A stretch of DNA of 56,417 nt from IMG/VR virus record IMGVR_UViG_3300049783_000966, positions 1-56,417 of that record. The stretch is one strand, 5' to 3'. The notes beneath the pieces are model-generated. The model did no database searches. It saw nothing but the letters and a program-made list of their open reading frames with translations, and was not told the origin of the DNA. The first letter of the stretch is position 1. Each line of letters starts with the position of its first letter. A program made the translations under genes and the position numbers. This document shows positions 17,062-30,000 of this stretch, piece after piece. The DNA is from a virus. Taxonomy: Duplodnaviria > Caudoviricetes.

Positions 17062-18354
17062 TTAGTCGATCAGCTTGATCGCCTCCAACCATGTCGATGC
17101 CGCGCCCTTACCCTTAATTGTAAGTTGCGGACCCTTGTGTAGCTGCCGCATGGAAAGCTGCACAGTGATTTTTGATACAACATTCGCCATCGCTTCAATT
17201 TCTTCGATGGAAAGGCCAAAGCCAATCAAAGTGATCTGGGGTGTTTTTCCACCGGCCGTTTTTATGGTTTCCTTCTCTTCACCGCCCTTACGAAAGGTGT
17301 TTTCTGGGTCTTGTGGGGCGGGTGCTGGCGGCGCTGGCTCCGGCGCTGGCTCCGGCGCTGGCTCCGGCGTCGGATCCGGGTCTGACGGTTCTGGGTCGAT
17401 TGGATCAGTGGGTTCCGGGGTCTGTGTTACCGGCCGGTAGGCATTTTCATCTGCCGGATAGTCGTCAGGAACAACCAACACACCATCAATTGTCACGTTA
17501 GAACACTTGTGGTTTGGTGAGCCATCCTGTCGGCTGTCATCCCATCGGATAGGTCCGTCAATGACATTTCCTTCTGCCAATACGTTCTTCGCGCCCATAC
17601 CGCGCAACGCGGATTGATTGCTCTTATCCGTGCAGATCAAGGTGTTGTTTTTGACAAGAGCGTCTTTGGCTGCCCAATTTCCAAAGAATTGATCGCTTGG
17701 GCCCGTGCCTTTGTGTCCACCGACCTCAATCGGCTTGGGCGCGGTGACGTGGTTGTCACTGAATTCCAAACCAACACCACCACCTTTGAAATTAAGGCCA
17801 ATGTGACGGTCAACAAAATGGTTCCCTTTGATAACTGCATCATCGGACTTGTTGCAGTCGATAGACGCCTCTTTGGAATCAGGCGGGCAAGAACCGCTGT
17901 CAAATTCACAGTTGATCACTGTGGGACGAATAACCTCCGACAATTTCAGCCCATCGCCGCGGCGGCGCAGGAAACGACATGAATCATATGTGATGTCAGA
18001 ACTGCGGAATTCGTCAGTCAGTCCCTTTCCGGGCTCCGCATGAAAGTGGCCACATTGGCGGCTGGCATCATTTGGACCTTTGAATTTGATCCCTCTTACA
18101 TAAATGCCCTTCGCAGACAGGCCGTGGATTGGATCGTCAGATGACCCGTTATAGGTCCATTCACAACCGAGGTGGCTGGCGCCAATAAAATACATCGGAT
18201 TTTCGCGTGTTCCGTTGTGTTTTGGGTTGCTTCCGGACAAGCGCAAAGACTCGTCGCGAAGGCCATCTGCAATGATAAACGTGACGCCTGGTCCCCCATG
18301 GGCATCAACGGCATCTTGTACTTTCTGATCGGCGGCTACATGAATTTCGGTCAT
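17062..18354 (-). CDS. Right-handed parallel beta-helix protein (pectate-lyase-like; possible depolymerase) with a Pro-rich linker
   Basis: Repeated I.GN.F / F.DN.V / V.NNTL rungs; PEPAPEPAP linker. Confidence 0.75.
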   Translation of the reverse strand: MTEIHVAADQKVQDAVDAHGGPGVTFIIADGLRDESLRLSGSNPKHNGTRENPMYFIGASHLGCEWTYNGSSDDPIHGLSAKGIYVRGIKFKGPNDASRQCGHFHAEPGKGLTDEFRSSDITYDSCRFLRRRGDGLKLSEVIRPTVINCEFDSGSCPPDSKEASIDCNKSDDAVIKGNHFVDRHIGLNFKGGGVGLEFSDNHVTAPKPIEVGGHKGTGPSDQFFGNWAAKDALVKNNTLICTDKSNQSALRGMGAKNVLAEGNVIDGPIRWDDSRQDGSPNHKCSNVTIDGVLVVPDDYPADENAYRPVTQTPEPTDPIDPEPSDPDPTPEPAPEPAPEPAPPAPAPQDPENTFRKGGEEKETIKTAGGKTPQITLIGFGLSIEEIEAMANVVSKITVQLSMRQLHKGPQLTIKGKGAASTWLEAIKLID

Positions 18355-18417
18355 ATTTTTGCTCCTAGCGGACCCTGTGTGTCGGGCGCAGTGTTATATC
18401 AACGGTTCATTCAACGT

Positions 18418-18801
18418 TTAGGCGGGTGTGACGGCGTCTGGGAAGTTGATAATAAGGGCCGTATTTAGCTTAAAGTCATCGCCGGGGGCAAAGGCACGGT
18501 TAACTGCCAACGTGTTCGATGCCACAATCGTATCTGTACCGTTCGTCAAAACCCAATGGGTGGCTGTTACTGTTGATCCAGTGGTGACTGTTCCATCCGC
18601 GAAGACCGGGATGGTGAGAGAACGGCCGCTAACAGCACCATCCGCGTTGGCGGTTAACACCAATCCGGTTTTGTTGGCCAAGGTCACGGCGGCAAGGCCT
18701 GCATAGTTGGCGGGATCTGCGCTGCACGCATGCAGAACAGTGCCATCAGTGCGGATTTTGTCGAGGGCGGCGTCAAAGGCTGCGTCATAAATTTGGGTCA
18801 T
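18418..18801 (-). CDS. Small virion structural protein
   Basis: Thr/Ala-rich beta protein of the type found ahead of fibre genes; good RBS. Confidence 0.65.
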   Translation of the reverse strand: MTQIYDAAFDAALDKIRTDGTVLHACSADPANYAGLAAVTLANKTGLVLTANADGAVSGRSLTIPVFADGTVTTGSTVTATHWVLTNGTDTIVASNTLAVNRAFAPGDDFKLNTALIINFPDAVTPA

Positions 18802-18811
18802 TGTTCTGTCC

Positions 18812-19066
18812 TTATTTCTTTTCTGTTTTTACGGAAATATCCGCAATTGCTACGATTTTTGCAACATTGCAATCGTTAGCGGTTCGGTTGGCGATGTCGC
18901 GCGCGGCAAGATCTTGAACAGTCACCACGACGCGTTCGTCAGTTAGGCATGGGTCGAGTAGGTCCGCGGGGATCTGGGCAGAAATCAGGACGGGCGGGGC
19001 CGTCCGTGGATCCGCACACGCTGCGGTTAAGAATATTAGCAAGACGGGGATCAATAATCTGGTCAT
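18812..19066 (-). CDS. o-spanin (Rz1-like lipoprotein)
   Basis: Lipobox LTAAC, Pro-rich, overlaps the i-spanin. Confidence 0.8.
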   Translation of the reverse strand: MTRLLIPVLLIFLTAACADPRTAPPVLISAQIPADLLDPCLTDERVVVTVQDLAARDIANRTANDCNVAKIVAIADISVKTEKK

Positions 19067-19325
19067 TTCCAAGCCCTTCCTTATAAATATCTGCCAAATC
19101 ATCACGCATTAACGCGTTTGAGGCGGCAATGTCAGCACGGGCCAGCTGGGCGCGGCCCTCTGCCTCTTTTGCTAGAACAGCGATAGCACGCTCTACGGCC
19201 AGTGCATCATTTAGATCGATCACCTCCAACCGCAGCGCTTTGTTTTCAGAGACCGTATGCATCAACCACAAGCCACCACCGGCGCCCAGCGCCAGTATGA
19301 TGAGATATGGGGCAAAGCGGAGCAT
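18939..19325 (-). CDS. i-spanin (Rz-like)
   Basis: N-terminal TM helix plus coiled coil, downstream of the endolysin. Confidence 0.8.
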   Translation of the reverse strand: MLRFAPYLIILALGAGGGLWLMHTVSENKALRLEVIDLNDALAVERAIAVLAKEAEGRAQLARADIAASNALMRDDLADIYKEGLGNDQIIDPRLANILNRSVCGSTDGPARPDFCPDPRGPTRPMPN

Positions 19326-19942
19326 TACTGTTTGCCACGCGATCCGTCGACCAGCATGGCGCGCGCCTGTGCGCCCCACGGCTTCTGGTCCGAATATTTG
19401 TATGTCCACAACATGCCGCCCCCGCTGGGTGGCGTAGTCCACTCATCGAGGTGGATCCCGCCCGTGGCCATTTCCAAACCGCAAGCGCCGTATGCATTGG
19501 CCAGCCAATACTGCCCAAGTTTTGCAAGTTCCAGACCGGAGATTTTGCGACCACCCACATAGATGTAGCAATCTGCGGCACGGCCACCTTTGCCATAGTC
19601 ATCATGTCTTACCGAACCAGTGCGACGACTGCCGAAGCCCCGGCGATCCTGACCACCGGAATAGACCGCAACCTTGCTATCTGGCCCGTAAACGGCTGTC
19701 ACCGCGCTGATCAGCTTTTCAGTCAGGTTGGCGGTGATAGGCCGGTTGCGCGTCGCTTGATTATTGACCATGACGAGCGCAGCCTTACCGTCTTCGCGGA
19801 TCCCAACGCGGGCCTCTACAAGGTTTGCGGATTCAAAGGATGCCCGCTTTGTACCATCGCCAAACAGCCCATCGATAGCGCCGCTGTACGCGCCAGCCGT
19901 TGCGAGTGCGGTCTGCCATGTTTTAATTTGTGCTTTACCCAT
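19325..19942 (-). CDS. Modular endolysin: peptidoglycan-binding domain plus M15-like Zn peptidase
   Basis: WQTAL...YSGAIDGLFG.GT; R.GS.RH...G.AAD; GIHLD. Confidence 0.8.
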   Translation of the reverse strand: MGKAQIKTWQTALATAGAYSGAIDGLFGDGTKRASFESANLVEARVGIREDGKAALVMVNNQATRNRPITANLTEKLISAVTAVYGPDSKVAVYSGGQDRRGFGSRRTGSVRHDDYGKGGRAADCYIYVGGRKISGLELAKLGQYWLANAYGACGLEMATGGIHLDEWTTPPSGGGMLWTYKYSDQKPWGAQARAMLVDGSRGKQ

Positions 19943-19957
19943 TGGAACAATCCTCTT

Positions 19958-20530
19958 TCAGTCTAACATTTCGGCCCATAGGCCGGTTGCAAAAGTGTTG
20001 GTCTCAAACTTTAATCGCGGTTCGCCGGTCGCTTGGTTGATTGCAGGTTGGCCTTGCTCATCAAAAATAGGACACAGATGGCCCGCGTCTACGCGCCAAC
20101 CGGCTGGCGTGGGATGGGTTAGAGGATATTGAAGAGACCACGGCCCCCAGGTTTCAGCGCTACCGAACGGTATGCGATTTCCTGTCACGCCCATGGCGTC
20201 CTCAATGGATGTATCAACAGGAACACGCACTGATGGTGCATCAGAGAACAGAGCCCAGCCGGTTAACTCTACAAAATCGCAACGTCTTTTTTCCATTTCT
20301 CCAAAGGTTATAAGCCTATCTTCCAATATCTGGACATCATAAACTTTGACGGAGTGAAACGGAGTCAGCCCGTGATAGTCGCGGTAAAATCGGGTTTCCT
20401 TGAAGTCCGAAAACTGTTCGGCTGTGTGCTCGGCCGCGTACAAAAAACCAAGTCCCACAAACAAAACATAAACCAAATTGGCTATGGGTTTGATGAACAA
20501 GTCGGATAGAGGCCTCATACGCGAATTCAT
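19958..20530 (-). CDS. Single-pass membrane protein in the lysis cassette
   Basis: N-terminal TM helix plus soluble domain, between holin and endolysin. Confidence 0.65.
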   Translation of the reverse strand: MNSRMRPLSDLFIKPIANLVYVLFVGLGFLYAAEHTAEQFSDFKETRFYRDYHGLTPFHSVKVYDVQILEDRLITFGEMEKRRCDFVELTGWALFSDAPSVRVPVDTSIEDAMGVTGNRIPFGSAETWGPWSLQYPLTHPTPAGWRVDAGHLCPIFDEQGQPAINQATGEPRLKFETNTFATGLWAEMLD

Positions 20531-20889
20531 TGGTCATTATCCTTTCGTACAGCAATTGACACTTTTCTTGCCTCAACCGTGTCCATGATAAGCCCTACTA
20601 TGATCACTCCCGTAAGACCCATTAGAAAACCACCTACCTGTCCCGTTTGATCATCAATCTCGACATCAAACCACTTTGCATAAAGCGAGAGGGCAAGTGG
20701 ACCTAAATATTGGGCGCAGATCCCCCCCGTCAGGACAGCGGTCAAGGCTGCATTAAAGCCACCACCTGTGCGCGTCCAACGAATGAAACCACCTGCCATA
20801 CCAGCTACAAATACGCTGGCTAAAACGTCGGAAAATGCGACCTGCATGGCAACACCAGTTCCAGCGGCTACTACAGAAGAGGCATCCAT
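20527..20889 (-). CDS. Holin
   Basis: About 3 TM segments, charged C-terminus, head of the lysis cassette. Confidence 0.7.
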   Translation of the reverse strand: MDASSVVAAGTGVAMQVAFSDVLASVFVAGMAGGFIRWTRTGGGFNAALTAVLTGGICAQYLGPLALSLYAKWFDVEIDDQTGQVGGFLMGLTGVIIVGLIMDTVEARKVSIAVRKDNDQ

Positions 20890-20988
20890 TATGAAGCCTC
20901 GCGAAAAACACAGCCCATCGGGCATGTTTTCATGAAGTTAATTTGTGGAAGCATTAAGCGGATCCTTGCAGTCGGGCGTTCATTCCAA

Positions 20989-21003
20989 CGGCACATCCTG
21001 CGC
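20989..21003 (-). promoter_or_regulatory. GGA-loop hairpin (CsrA-site-like) in the lysis leader
   Basis: mRNA GCGC-AGGAU-GUGC-CG; 14/15 identical to 48076-48090. Confidence 0.6.
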
Positions 21004-21044
21004 TCATGCGGTATTGTTGATATATCCCATTGTTTGGCTTGGCG

Positions 21045-24000
21045 TCAATTACTGACCATAGGGGGCTGTTCTGCGCGAATGCGTGCATTTAGCCGCGGAT
21101 TCAACTGGACCCCGAATTCGTTACGGCCACTTGCGGCCAGTTTGGATCGGATCGATGCGCTCAACGTGTCGTTCGTGATCGGGTATTCAGGGAATTCTCG
21201 GTTAAATTCCATCATGAGGTCCATGTCGCGCGAGGAAATACTGTCCCCTCCGATAATGGCGTCACGAATGCTTTGCTGAATGCCTGACCGGCGATCCATG
21301 ATCGATGACTGACGGTTCATCAACCGGCTGTTGACGTCATACCGTTCGGCAATCTCGGCTGGGGTGAAGCCAATCAATTGCGACATCCCCTGCCACAGTG
21401 AAATGTCTTCCAACAGATCATCGCCCCGCCTAGTGGTAACACCGTCCAGCGTGTAGCGACCGGCGCGCATGGCGTCGCGCAGGACCTTCGGCACAGCGGT
21501 TTCAACACCACGGATAATATCGCCTTCCATCGCATATTTCACGCCGCGCGCAGCACCGGCACCAATACCAACCACTGGCCCAAGCATTTCTTCGATCATG
21601 CGGGAATACCATTGATCAGCGTCCATGCGCCGGTTGTTTTCTCTGAACCAAAGAGTTGGCATGCCTATACGTTCGGACAGGGACCAACCCGTAAGCTGAC
21701 CCGGAGTGCCGTTGAGGACCATACCCATACCAAAGTTCCATGATGCGGCACCGGCGCCGTCTCCTTCGAGCAACAGGGCGTGCTGCAACCATGCATCAAG
21801 GTCATCATCGTCACCGGGCACCAACAGTTTGAACACTGATTTGATGATGCCATATCCCCAAACGCCGCGAATACCGGCGTGGGCGAACATGGACAGGGTA
21901 ATTCCCAAAAGTTGGTCACGGGCTTCGCGGCGCAGAACCGCGTCATCGCTGTGCAACATCGCGTGCATGTCTTTGGTCAAGCGATAGATCATGTTCACAG
22001 TGAACTGGCGAAACACGGTCAGGATCTTCATTGTGTCGTTTTGCATGATGCGTGGGCGCGACGTGTTTTGATAGTCAAAGTGTGATTTCCACGTCACATC
22101 TGCGGCAACTTCTATGGCTGCATCAGGTGCCATTTTTTCGGCTTTAGCCATGCGATAGGCTGCTAGGAACGTCACCTCACGGTTTGCACGCTCGGCGTGG
22201 TGGAAGAAAAACGACACGGCACGCATAACTTTTTCGCGTCTGTCAGAGTATTCAACACCAGTTTCAGCGACGGATGCCAATTCGTGCGCTTGTGTCTTAT
22301 CGACAGTGCCACGGCGGTAGGCTTCGATCAGCGCCGCCTTTTCATCGGCGGTAACACGGGATCCCTTACTGGCGTCAGCACGGCCCTCGACAAAGTCGCG
22401 CGCGGCCTTGCCTATCTCTTTCAGGGCGCCCAGCGCGCCAAAGGTGCGGAACCTTGCGCCAAGGATGGCGGGGGCCACAACGGTGGTCTGTGACAGGTTC
22501 ACTACGGCGGCTGCCGGCGTCATGCCCAAATACCAAACAAAGGCCATCGAAGTCGCAGCTGTAGCGATCGGTCCACCGGTAGGTGTCATGGTGAAATTGT
22601 GGCGTTTTTCCATTTCACCCACAACAAACCCGGCACGTTCTGGGTTTTTGTCGCGCTTTGCCTCATCGCGGGCATCATCAAGTGCATCTGACATTTTAAG
22701 GCCATACTTCAAACGCGCCAACTGGTGGGCCCCGTGGAACGTGTGGGAGGTGAAGGCACGCACAGCATCGCCGGTGTAGCCTTCTCGGCCCTTGCGGTGA
22801 ATGCTATTGGTCCGAATGCTTTGATCTGGCAAGGTTTCAAGCCAGCGCTGCCAGATTGCATCCATCAGCAATGGATCTGCGTCAAAATCGCCCATCAATT
22901 CCTGAACATCTGCCACAAAGGCGGGATCGATCATGCCTTTCAGGTCTGTAGCCTTGTCGCCCAACACACCATTTTCAACAGACATAGCCTTGTCTTTGCT
23001 GGCGCGCGCAATCTCTTTGCGCTGTTCGGCCTTCTTCTCAAATCGCGAGAATGACACAACGCTGCCGGACGCATCCCGAACGGTCACAAAATAATTGCCA
23101 AAGCGTGCCAGTGGAAAATATGGACCCTTGAGGCGGTTGCTTTCAAACTCACTGCGCAGGGATGCCAAACGGGCTTGCAACGCCCAACCGGCTCGGGCAC
23201 TGGCCCGTGTCAGCTTGGCATCGGCCTTCGCTTTGGCTTCGGTGCGCGCTTCTCCCTTTAGGCCATCGTCTTCGATCTTGCGAATGTCAGCCTTGTGATG
23301 GCGCTTGGCACGTTTTAGCGCGATCTGGGCGGCGATCTTCATGTTGTCGACCACTGCCGCTTCAAACGCATTGCCTAATTCGGTGTAGGTTTTGGCAATG
23401 GTGCTGAACATCTTCTTAAATTCAGGGGGCAGCGCGTCATACTTGGCGCGCAGTTTGGCATAATCTTCGCGGCGCTTACCATCCGTCTCAATGACGTCCT
23501 GTGCCCACTGATACATCGAACTGTCCGGCCCATAGCGCCCTATTTCCATCTTTGCGTGGGAGAGGCGGCCATCGGCGTCATAGTCTTCGCTGGGGTCAAA
23601 ACCGGCGATTGTGGAACTGTGCATCAGATCCATGAGGTCTTCGTTGGCAGCGGGATCCTTACGGGCCAATTTCAACCAGTCTGACGTAGTGTCGGCGGAT
23701 CTGGCCTGCCAGTCTTGGCGTAGAGCGTCCATTTCCTCTTTGAGGCGAACATAAACACGCGCTGACGAGAGATTGCGGCCCAATTCGGTAAACAGGGCTC
23801 GACCAGGCACCAGCGAAAGCAATGCGCCAAACTTATCTGTCATCACATCGGATATCGCGGTGGCTGCAAGATCCTTCTGGGACTTCACCCAGCCCTTTGC
23901 ATTGATCGGCACATTGCCAAACTGGTTGCCGGATTCGTTGAACATATTGGGCGTGTTGGGATCAAACGTGCCACGATTGTTGACGGATTTTATGTTGGCA

Positions 24001-27000
24001 GGATCGAACACAGCAATTGTTTCGACTTCCGCGAACGGGTCATCCATCGAATAATCATTGTCAAACGCCGCACCGTCAAAGCCTCGCTCCTTAAGGTGGG
24101 CAATAACGCGTTTGGCATCGGGGTGCATTCCAACACTCACCATCAACCAGCCTTGGTGTACGTCCGTTCCATCAATTCCAAGTGCTTTTGCCGTTACATC
24201 GATGTCGGCATCGGTCGCGAGTTTTTTGATAGAAAGGTAGGCCGCAATAACGTTGGATTTACCGTCACCCCAATGGGCGCGATCTTCGGCATAAGTTGTT
24301 GCAACTTCGGACGTGCTAAAAAATGCAGCCCCATTAAAGCTATCGAATGTGGTATCTGTACCGTGATAAACAACCTTGGGATCGCCGTTCTCATCGACAA
24401 CCTTGCTATCACCAAACCACTTTTTGAAGGCGGGTGTGCTTGTTTGTTTTTTCTGTGCAAAGCGGGACTCGGATTCCTCAAACCCTTTGGCTAAGGCGGC
24501 CTTTGTGTCGAATGTCGGCAGCATTTCCCCTGTGATCATGCGGGCTTCGTCTTTGTGGGTGCTGACTTGGAACTTTGCGCCTAACTGGTTGATCCACTCT
24601 TGCAGCGCTGCGCCCACGTCTGTGCGGCTGTCAGATCGGTTGTCCATGGTTTTACCGCTGCGGCCGTCAAAATCACCCAGCAATTCACGCACGGATTTGT
24701 TGAGATAGTACGCCTTGCCATTTTTCTTCATCACGGTGATGACATATCCGTCACCACGACGCGCTATAGCCGCAATTTTGTCGTCGCTCGTGACGAGACC
24801 CCGTGGAACGGCATCAAGGAAGCGCACCACCTGTTCGCCGGTCTGGAACACAACAGCCTTTTCATCCACGGCTTTGTTAAGATCAAAGTCTTGCGGCATC
24901 AGAATGCCGGGGGTTACGACGCCCTTGTTGGTGGTGAACATAACAACCTGACCGGTCCCAAAGCGGGCAAAGCCGTCGATCATGTTGCCGCTGATAATGG
25001 TCCGGTCCTCACGGGTTTCCGACTGACCACTATCAAACGCGATGCGTGCCTGCCCTTCTGGGATGATGCCCAGCGTGACATCCGGCGCCAATCCATAGAG
25101 GCGAGACATCGGGATTTTGATTTCACGCGATGCATCGGCCACGGCCAAGCGCATCTTCAACATGGAACCTGCGGTCGGGTTATCCGTCATGCGGGATAGG
25201 TCAACACCCAGAATAACAGCTTCGGTGTTCATCAGCGGGCTTTCAAATTGAACGATTGTGCCGATGGACGCTTGCAACACGCGCTTTTTCAGCCCTTCAA
25301 ACCTGATTTCCTCACGCTCCAACGCCTCTTTGGCATTGGTTACGCCCTTGGCCGCGTTGGTCTTCTGAACGTCTGTTGCGTCCTCTTTGGCAGCAACAGA
25401 CGCAACCATCTTTTCAGCGGCGGCGATGCGGTTCTTATATCGCAACAAGTAGTCATCACGGCGGCTGTCAAACATTTCAGCGGCTTCGGCGTTAATCTCT
25501 TCATCCGTGCGCCCAGCGCGCGCCTTATCAGCTTCGGCCATGGCTTGATCAAACGTCATCGATCGCCCCAGCTTCTTGACTGACGCCAGCGTCACAGTGG
25601 TGTCCTGATCTAATGGGCTGCCAGTACCACCACCTTCGCGCAGCACGGTGCTGCCCATCGGCCGTGCATCCAGATCCAGCGTCTTTGCCTCAAGGGGGTT
25701 TTGTCCAAGGCGGTCCAATTCCGCGATAACATCCTCATACCGGCTTTCAATCTCGGCATAAATTTCCTCGGCCTTCGCGGGCTCCAATACGACCAAGCGT
25801 CCAGTGATGCGCTGCGCGAGGTTTGCGATGCCGTCATCCTTGCCATATTTGACATTGAGCACGGCGTTAATTTCGGTGTTCTCATTCAAGTATTCGGCAG
25901 TCACCTTATCCCCAACAGAATTGAGGAAATCGACCACGTTTTCGAGCGATACAACGCCTTTCTTGGATGCGGTGGTGTTGGCGTTCAAAGACGCCATTTT
26001 GCGCATAAGAACGGCGGCAGGGCGGCGTTCTACGGCCATATCTGTACCAACCAACTCATAGGTTGGATTTTTAATTTGCCCGGTGCGGTTCACACGTCCA
26101 AGCATCTGCATAAACACGTCGATGTTGGGATCTGCCTGCATGACAATCATATGGCGCGGCTTGCCATCGTTGTTGGGGGCTGCTGTTGCGTGTAGCGAGA
26201 AGCCGGTCGATCCCGACTTGTTGATCAACAGCGCATCCATCTTGCCGGAATTGTATGCCTGCATGGTCTTTTTCTTAAACGCTTGCGATGAATCGCGTGC
26301 GGTGACGACGCCACTTACCAAGACACGTTGACGTCCAGTTATCTCGCCCACGTTCATGCCTGCGGCGCGCATCTTGTCCAGTATGGCATCTAACGGGTTG
26401 CCGCTCATGTCTCCAAGGTCAAGATCGCGCAATTCTGCTTCCATATCCTTGAACATCTTTGCGGCCGTGGTGCCAATCTGTTCATCATTTAAGCGGATCT
26501 TGGTGCTAACACCTTCGATGGTTTTGACGTTCACCATCCGCAAACGTTCCATGTAGCGGATCAACAGGGTGTTGAATGGCACGGTCATTTCATCGCCCAG
26601 AACCACGCCTTCATCTGCCATCTGTTGCATCAGGATTGCTTCGTTTGTGTTGCTAACGGCAATTATTGGCTTCTTACCGGCCTTATGGGCTTCAATCGCT
26701 CGTGCGGCAACTTCGTTCACTTTTAGGCTGAAAAGCATCTGTGATACGATATTGTGAAGGCTGGATGCAAAGTTTGTCGATGACACGGATGACATGCCTA
26801 CCGAACCATCTGGCATCATTGTGGCGCCATCTTCGGCAACCTTTTCGCCCACTTTTTTGCGGATATCAGTCATAAACGTTTCGTCAAATTCAAAGATTCC
26901 GCCGATGGCTTTTGATAGCGCCGCGGATCGCTGTGTTTCTACCTTTATGGTATGGGATTTGAACTCAATACCCTCGTATGACCGCTCACGGCGGGCAAAC

Positions 27001-30000
27001 TGGCCCGCTTCGACCAACTGGTTAGCAAGAACCTGTTGCAGCGGGACGCCACCCTTTTCGATCGCTTCGGCCAGATCCTCAATGTCGTCGACGGTCAGCG
27101 CTAGATCTGTTGTCCCGTAGAGAGACATTACAGAGGGATTTTTTGCGTAGGTCGCAGACGAAAACACCGAACCGGCTGCCGCCTGCGTCAAATCACGGAA
27201 AAATTCAGCCATGTTCTCCGGCGTAGAACCTTTTTCACGTTTGCCACCCCAGCCAATTGGGCCAGAACCGCCTGCTGTGTGGCTTTCATCCAGAACGGGG
27301 AACATATTTCCTCCACCTGCAAGTATCGCGGTCGCGCGCAGCGGCCATTTACCGGATGAGGTTTTCATTTGATCATAAGTGGTGAATAGGTATTTTATGC
27401 CTTCTGGCAGTCTACCCGTGCTGGCTAAGTTTCGCAGCATCTTTTGGTTTTTGGCTTTGGTCAGTGAAGTGATTTTCACATCTGACCCTTCCTCAAGTGG
27501 AATAGCGTTCATCCCGGTCAGGTTGTCGTTAGTGACCACCACCTCGTTGATAGCGTTTTCCTCACCGATGTCGTTCAAATCTCGGATCATGTCGGCATAA
27601 AGGTTGGGTTTTTGTGTCACAAATAGGGGGATATAGCCCTTTAGGTGAGCATAGCGCAGCATGCCAGCAACAAAGCGACCTTTGCCAACACCGGTTTGAT
27701 CACCAATGATGAAGCCCTTGCCTTGCTCGGCGTTGTAGATCGCCATTGCTGCGGCGTCGACTTGCTCGGCAGAGAAATAACCCGGCACATCATCGGTGCC
27801 CAACAACTGATCACGGGTCCAACCAAGGGACGCGGCCACAAAGTCATCAATATCGCCGTGCGTTTCTTCAATGGTGTCCAATGCGCTCTGAATAGCGGAC
27901 TGCATGTTGTTCGGAACCAGCGTGCCAACAGCAAACTTCGCATTTGAACGCGGGACATAATGCTTTTGCAGGTTTGTTTCGATTTCAGTGCTGTCACGGT
28001 CTACGCGCGTCCGGGCTGATACAGTCCTGTCAGGAACATTTCGAGGTCCGTTGACGATATCAGTGCTTTCAATTCCGGATTCCGCGTCAGCTGCGCCCGT
28101 TGGATCGGCCATGGCTGGCTCAACGTCTGGGCTTCCGCTTGCAGGGTTTCGCTCGTTTCCACGAATTCCGCTGCCATCCCCGCTGTTGTCGGTGACATCA
28201 GTTTGACTTCCATCCCCGTCAATTCGTCCATCATCGCTACGGGATCCGTCACGTTGTCCATCATCTGTTGGACGCGCGTCGTCAGGGCGTCGAGATACGC
28301 TTCCAGCGTCAGGGGCAGAAAGGAGGTCAAGTTGACCGCTGTTAGCATCGGGTTGCTGTTCGGCGGTGCCCACTGTGGGTGCGTCTTGCTGTCCATCTTC
28401 CATTTTCCTTTTCAGATCGGCCCATGTGGTCAAAACCGCTGGGGCTTGGGCCATTGGCATAGGTAGCGATGATTTGCCACGACCCTTGATAACGATAACA
28501 TCGACCGGCCACGCAGCGCCTTGGCGCTTATATAGATCCCCGTCGACAGTGAAGTGATCCACCACATTATATAGGTCATACAACTGTTTGTAAAACGCGC
28601 GCTTGCTTTTGGACTGGTAGCCCTTCTTGCGCGCATCACCATCCATCTGCTTTTTAACGCCACCTAGCAACAGAACAGCGCTGCCATCCTCTGCCAGATT
28701 GTCCAAAGCGCGCCATGCAATGGCGTGGTCGACCTCTGTGGTGGTTGTGACGCCCAGCGGCCAAGATACGCGCTTGCGGCCATCAAATACCGCCCCAAAC
28801 GGCGGGTTGGCGATGATGGAAGGTACGTTCGTAGGCATTTCCATCGTTGTGGCGTCGGATGTGGTCAATGTGATGTCGGGCCCGAACGTTTGCGAGATTG
28901 AATTTGCCCGGTCGGCGTCCAACTCATTGGCTACAATTTTAGACGCATCGGCTTCGATCAACAGCATGCCGGTGCCTGCGGTAGGTTCCAGAACCATGTT
29001 CGCGTCAGCCACACCCGCGCGGCGCGATGCAATATAGGCCAACGGCGCAGGGGTTGAATAGGCTTGGCGCTCAATGCTTCCGGATGTGCGCTGCCCAAGG
29101 ATCGGCTGTGCGGCGTAAAGATCCACCAACGCATCATAAATCACGTCAGGCGTGTCACCACTGGTGGCGATGTCGCGTGCATGCTGCACAACGGCCACCT
29201 CAATCGCTTCTTCGATCATCTTGTGGTCATCAACCGTGATATCGCGACCTAGTGCCTCTGCGGCCAGTTTTCGGGCTTCAACGATGGTTTTGAAGCTGTC
29301 ACCAGCTGCAAACGCGCGCAGGAATTCAATCGTGATCTTTTCGGCCTCAACGGATCCGCTTGGCGTAGTGTCGGTTGGTGTTTCACGAGAAACATCTTCG
29401 TCGAGGTATCGGGTAAAGAACGGTTGCAGCGCGGTGACGTCCTCACGGGTTAGGCCTGCTGTGACCAATGGCTTCATCATTGTGCTGAATATGGTTCGGC
29501 GGTCCATGCCGGTGGTGTCGACACCGCCCAGCGCCTCGGCAAACAAGGGTTTCAGCTTGTCGTATTGATCATTGCTGAACTGATCCGGGCTTTCCTTCAA
29601 TCCGCGCAGGATGTCCTGCATATCCTTGGCGATGTCCTCTGCGGTGCGCTCCGGTGCGCCAAACATATCGTCTAGGGCGCCATCAAAGTCAGGATCGCTA
29701 TCGGGGGCGGTATTCGGTGTTTCTGTCACTTCTGTTTGGGCGGGGTAATTTCGGCCAATCCAACCTACGGCCTTTTCAACGGCTTCGGCGTCTGTGTCGC
29801 CATAGAAGTCTCGACCTACAACGGTGCCTTCATTCGTAATGACAATTCTGAACGCGCCACCTTTGACGCGGATCAAATTTTCGTCGGACAATTTAGACCG
29901 GCTTTTGATACTGAAACCTTCAGGAAGGGCGGCGCTGCGCGCGGTAGGGCTGCGCAAATCCAATTCCCCGATAGATCCAAGGAACGTGTCGATGATCCTT

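Noticed and set aside
18405-18419. GTTC-N7-GTTT as another LexA box
   Set aside because: Mismatched, in a late region, and expected by chance
19307-19966. 219-aa plus-strand ORF
   Set aside because: Antisense shadow of the endolysin
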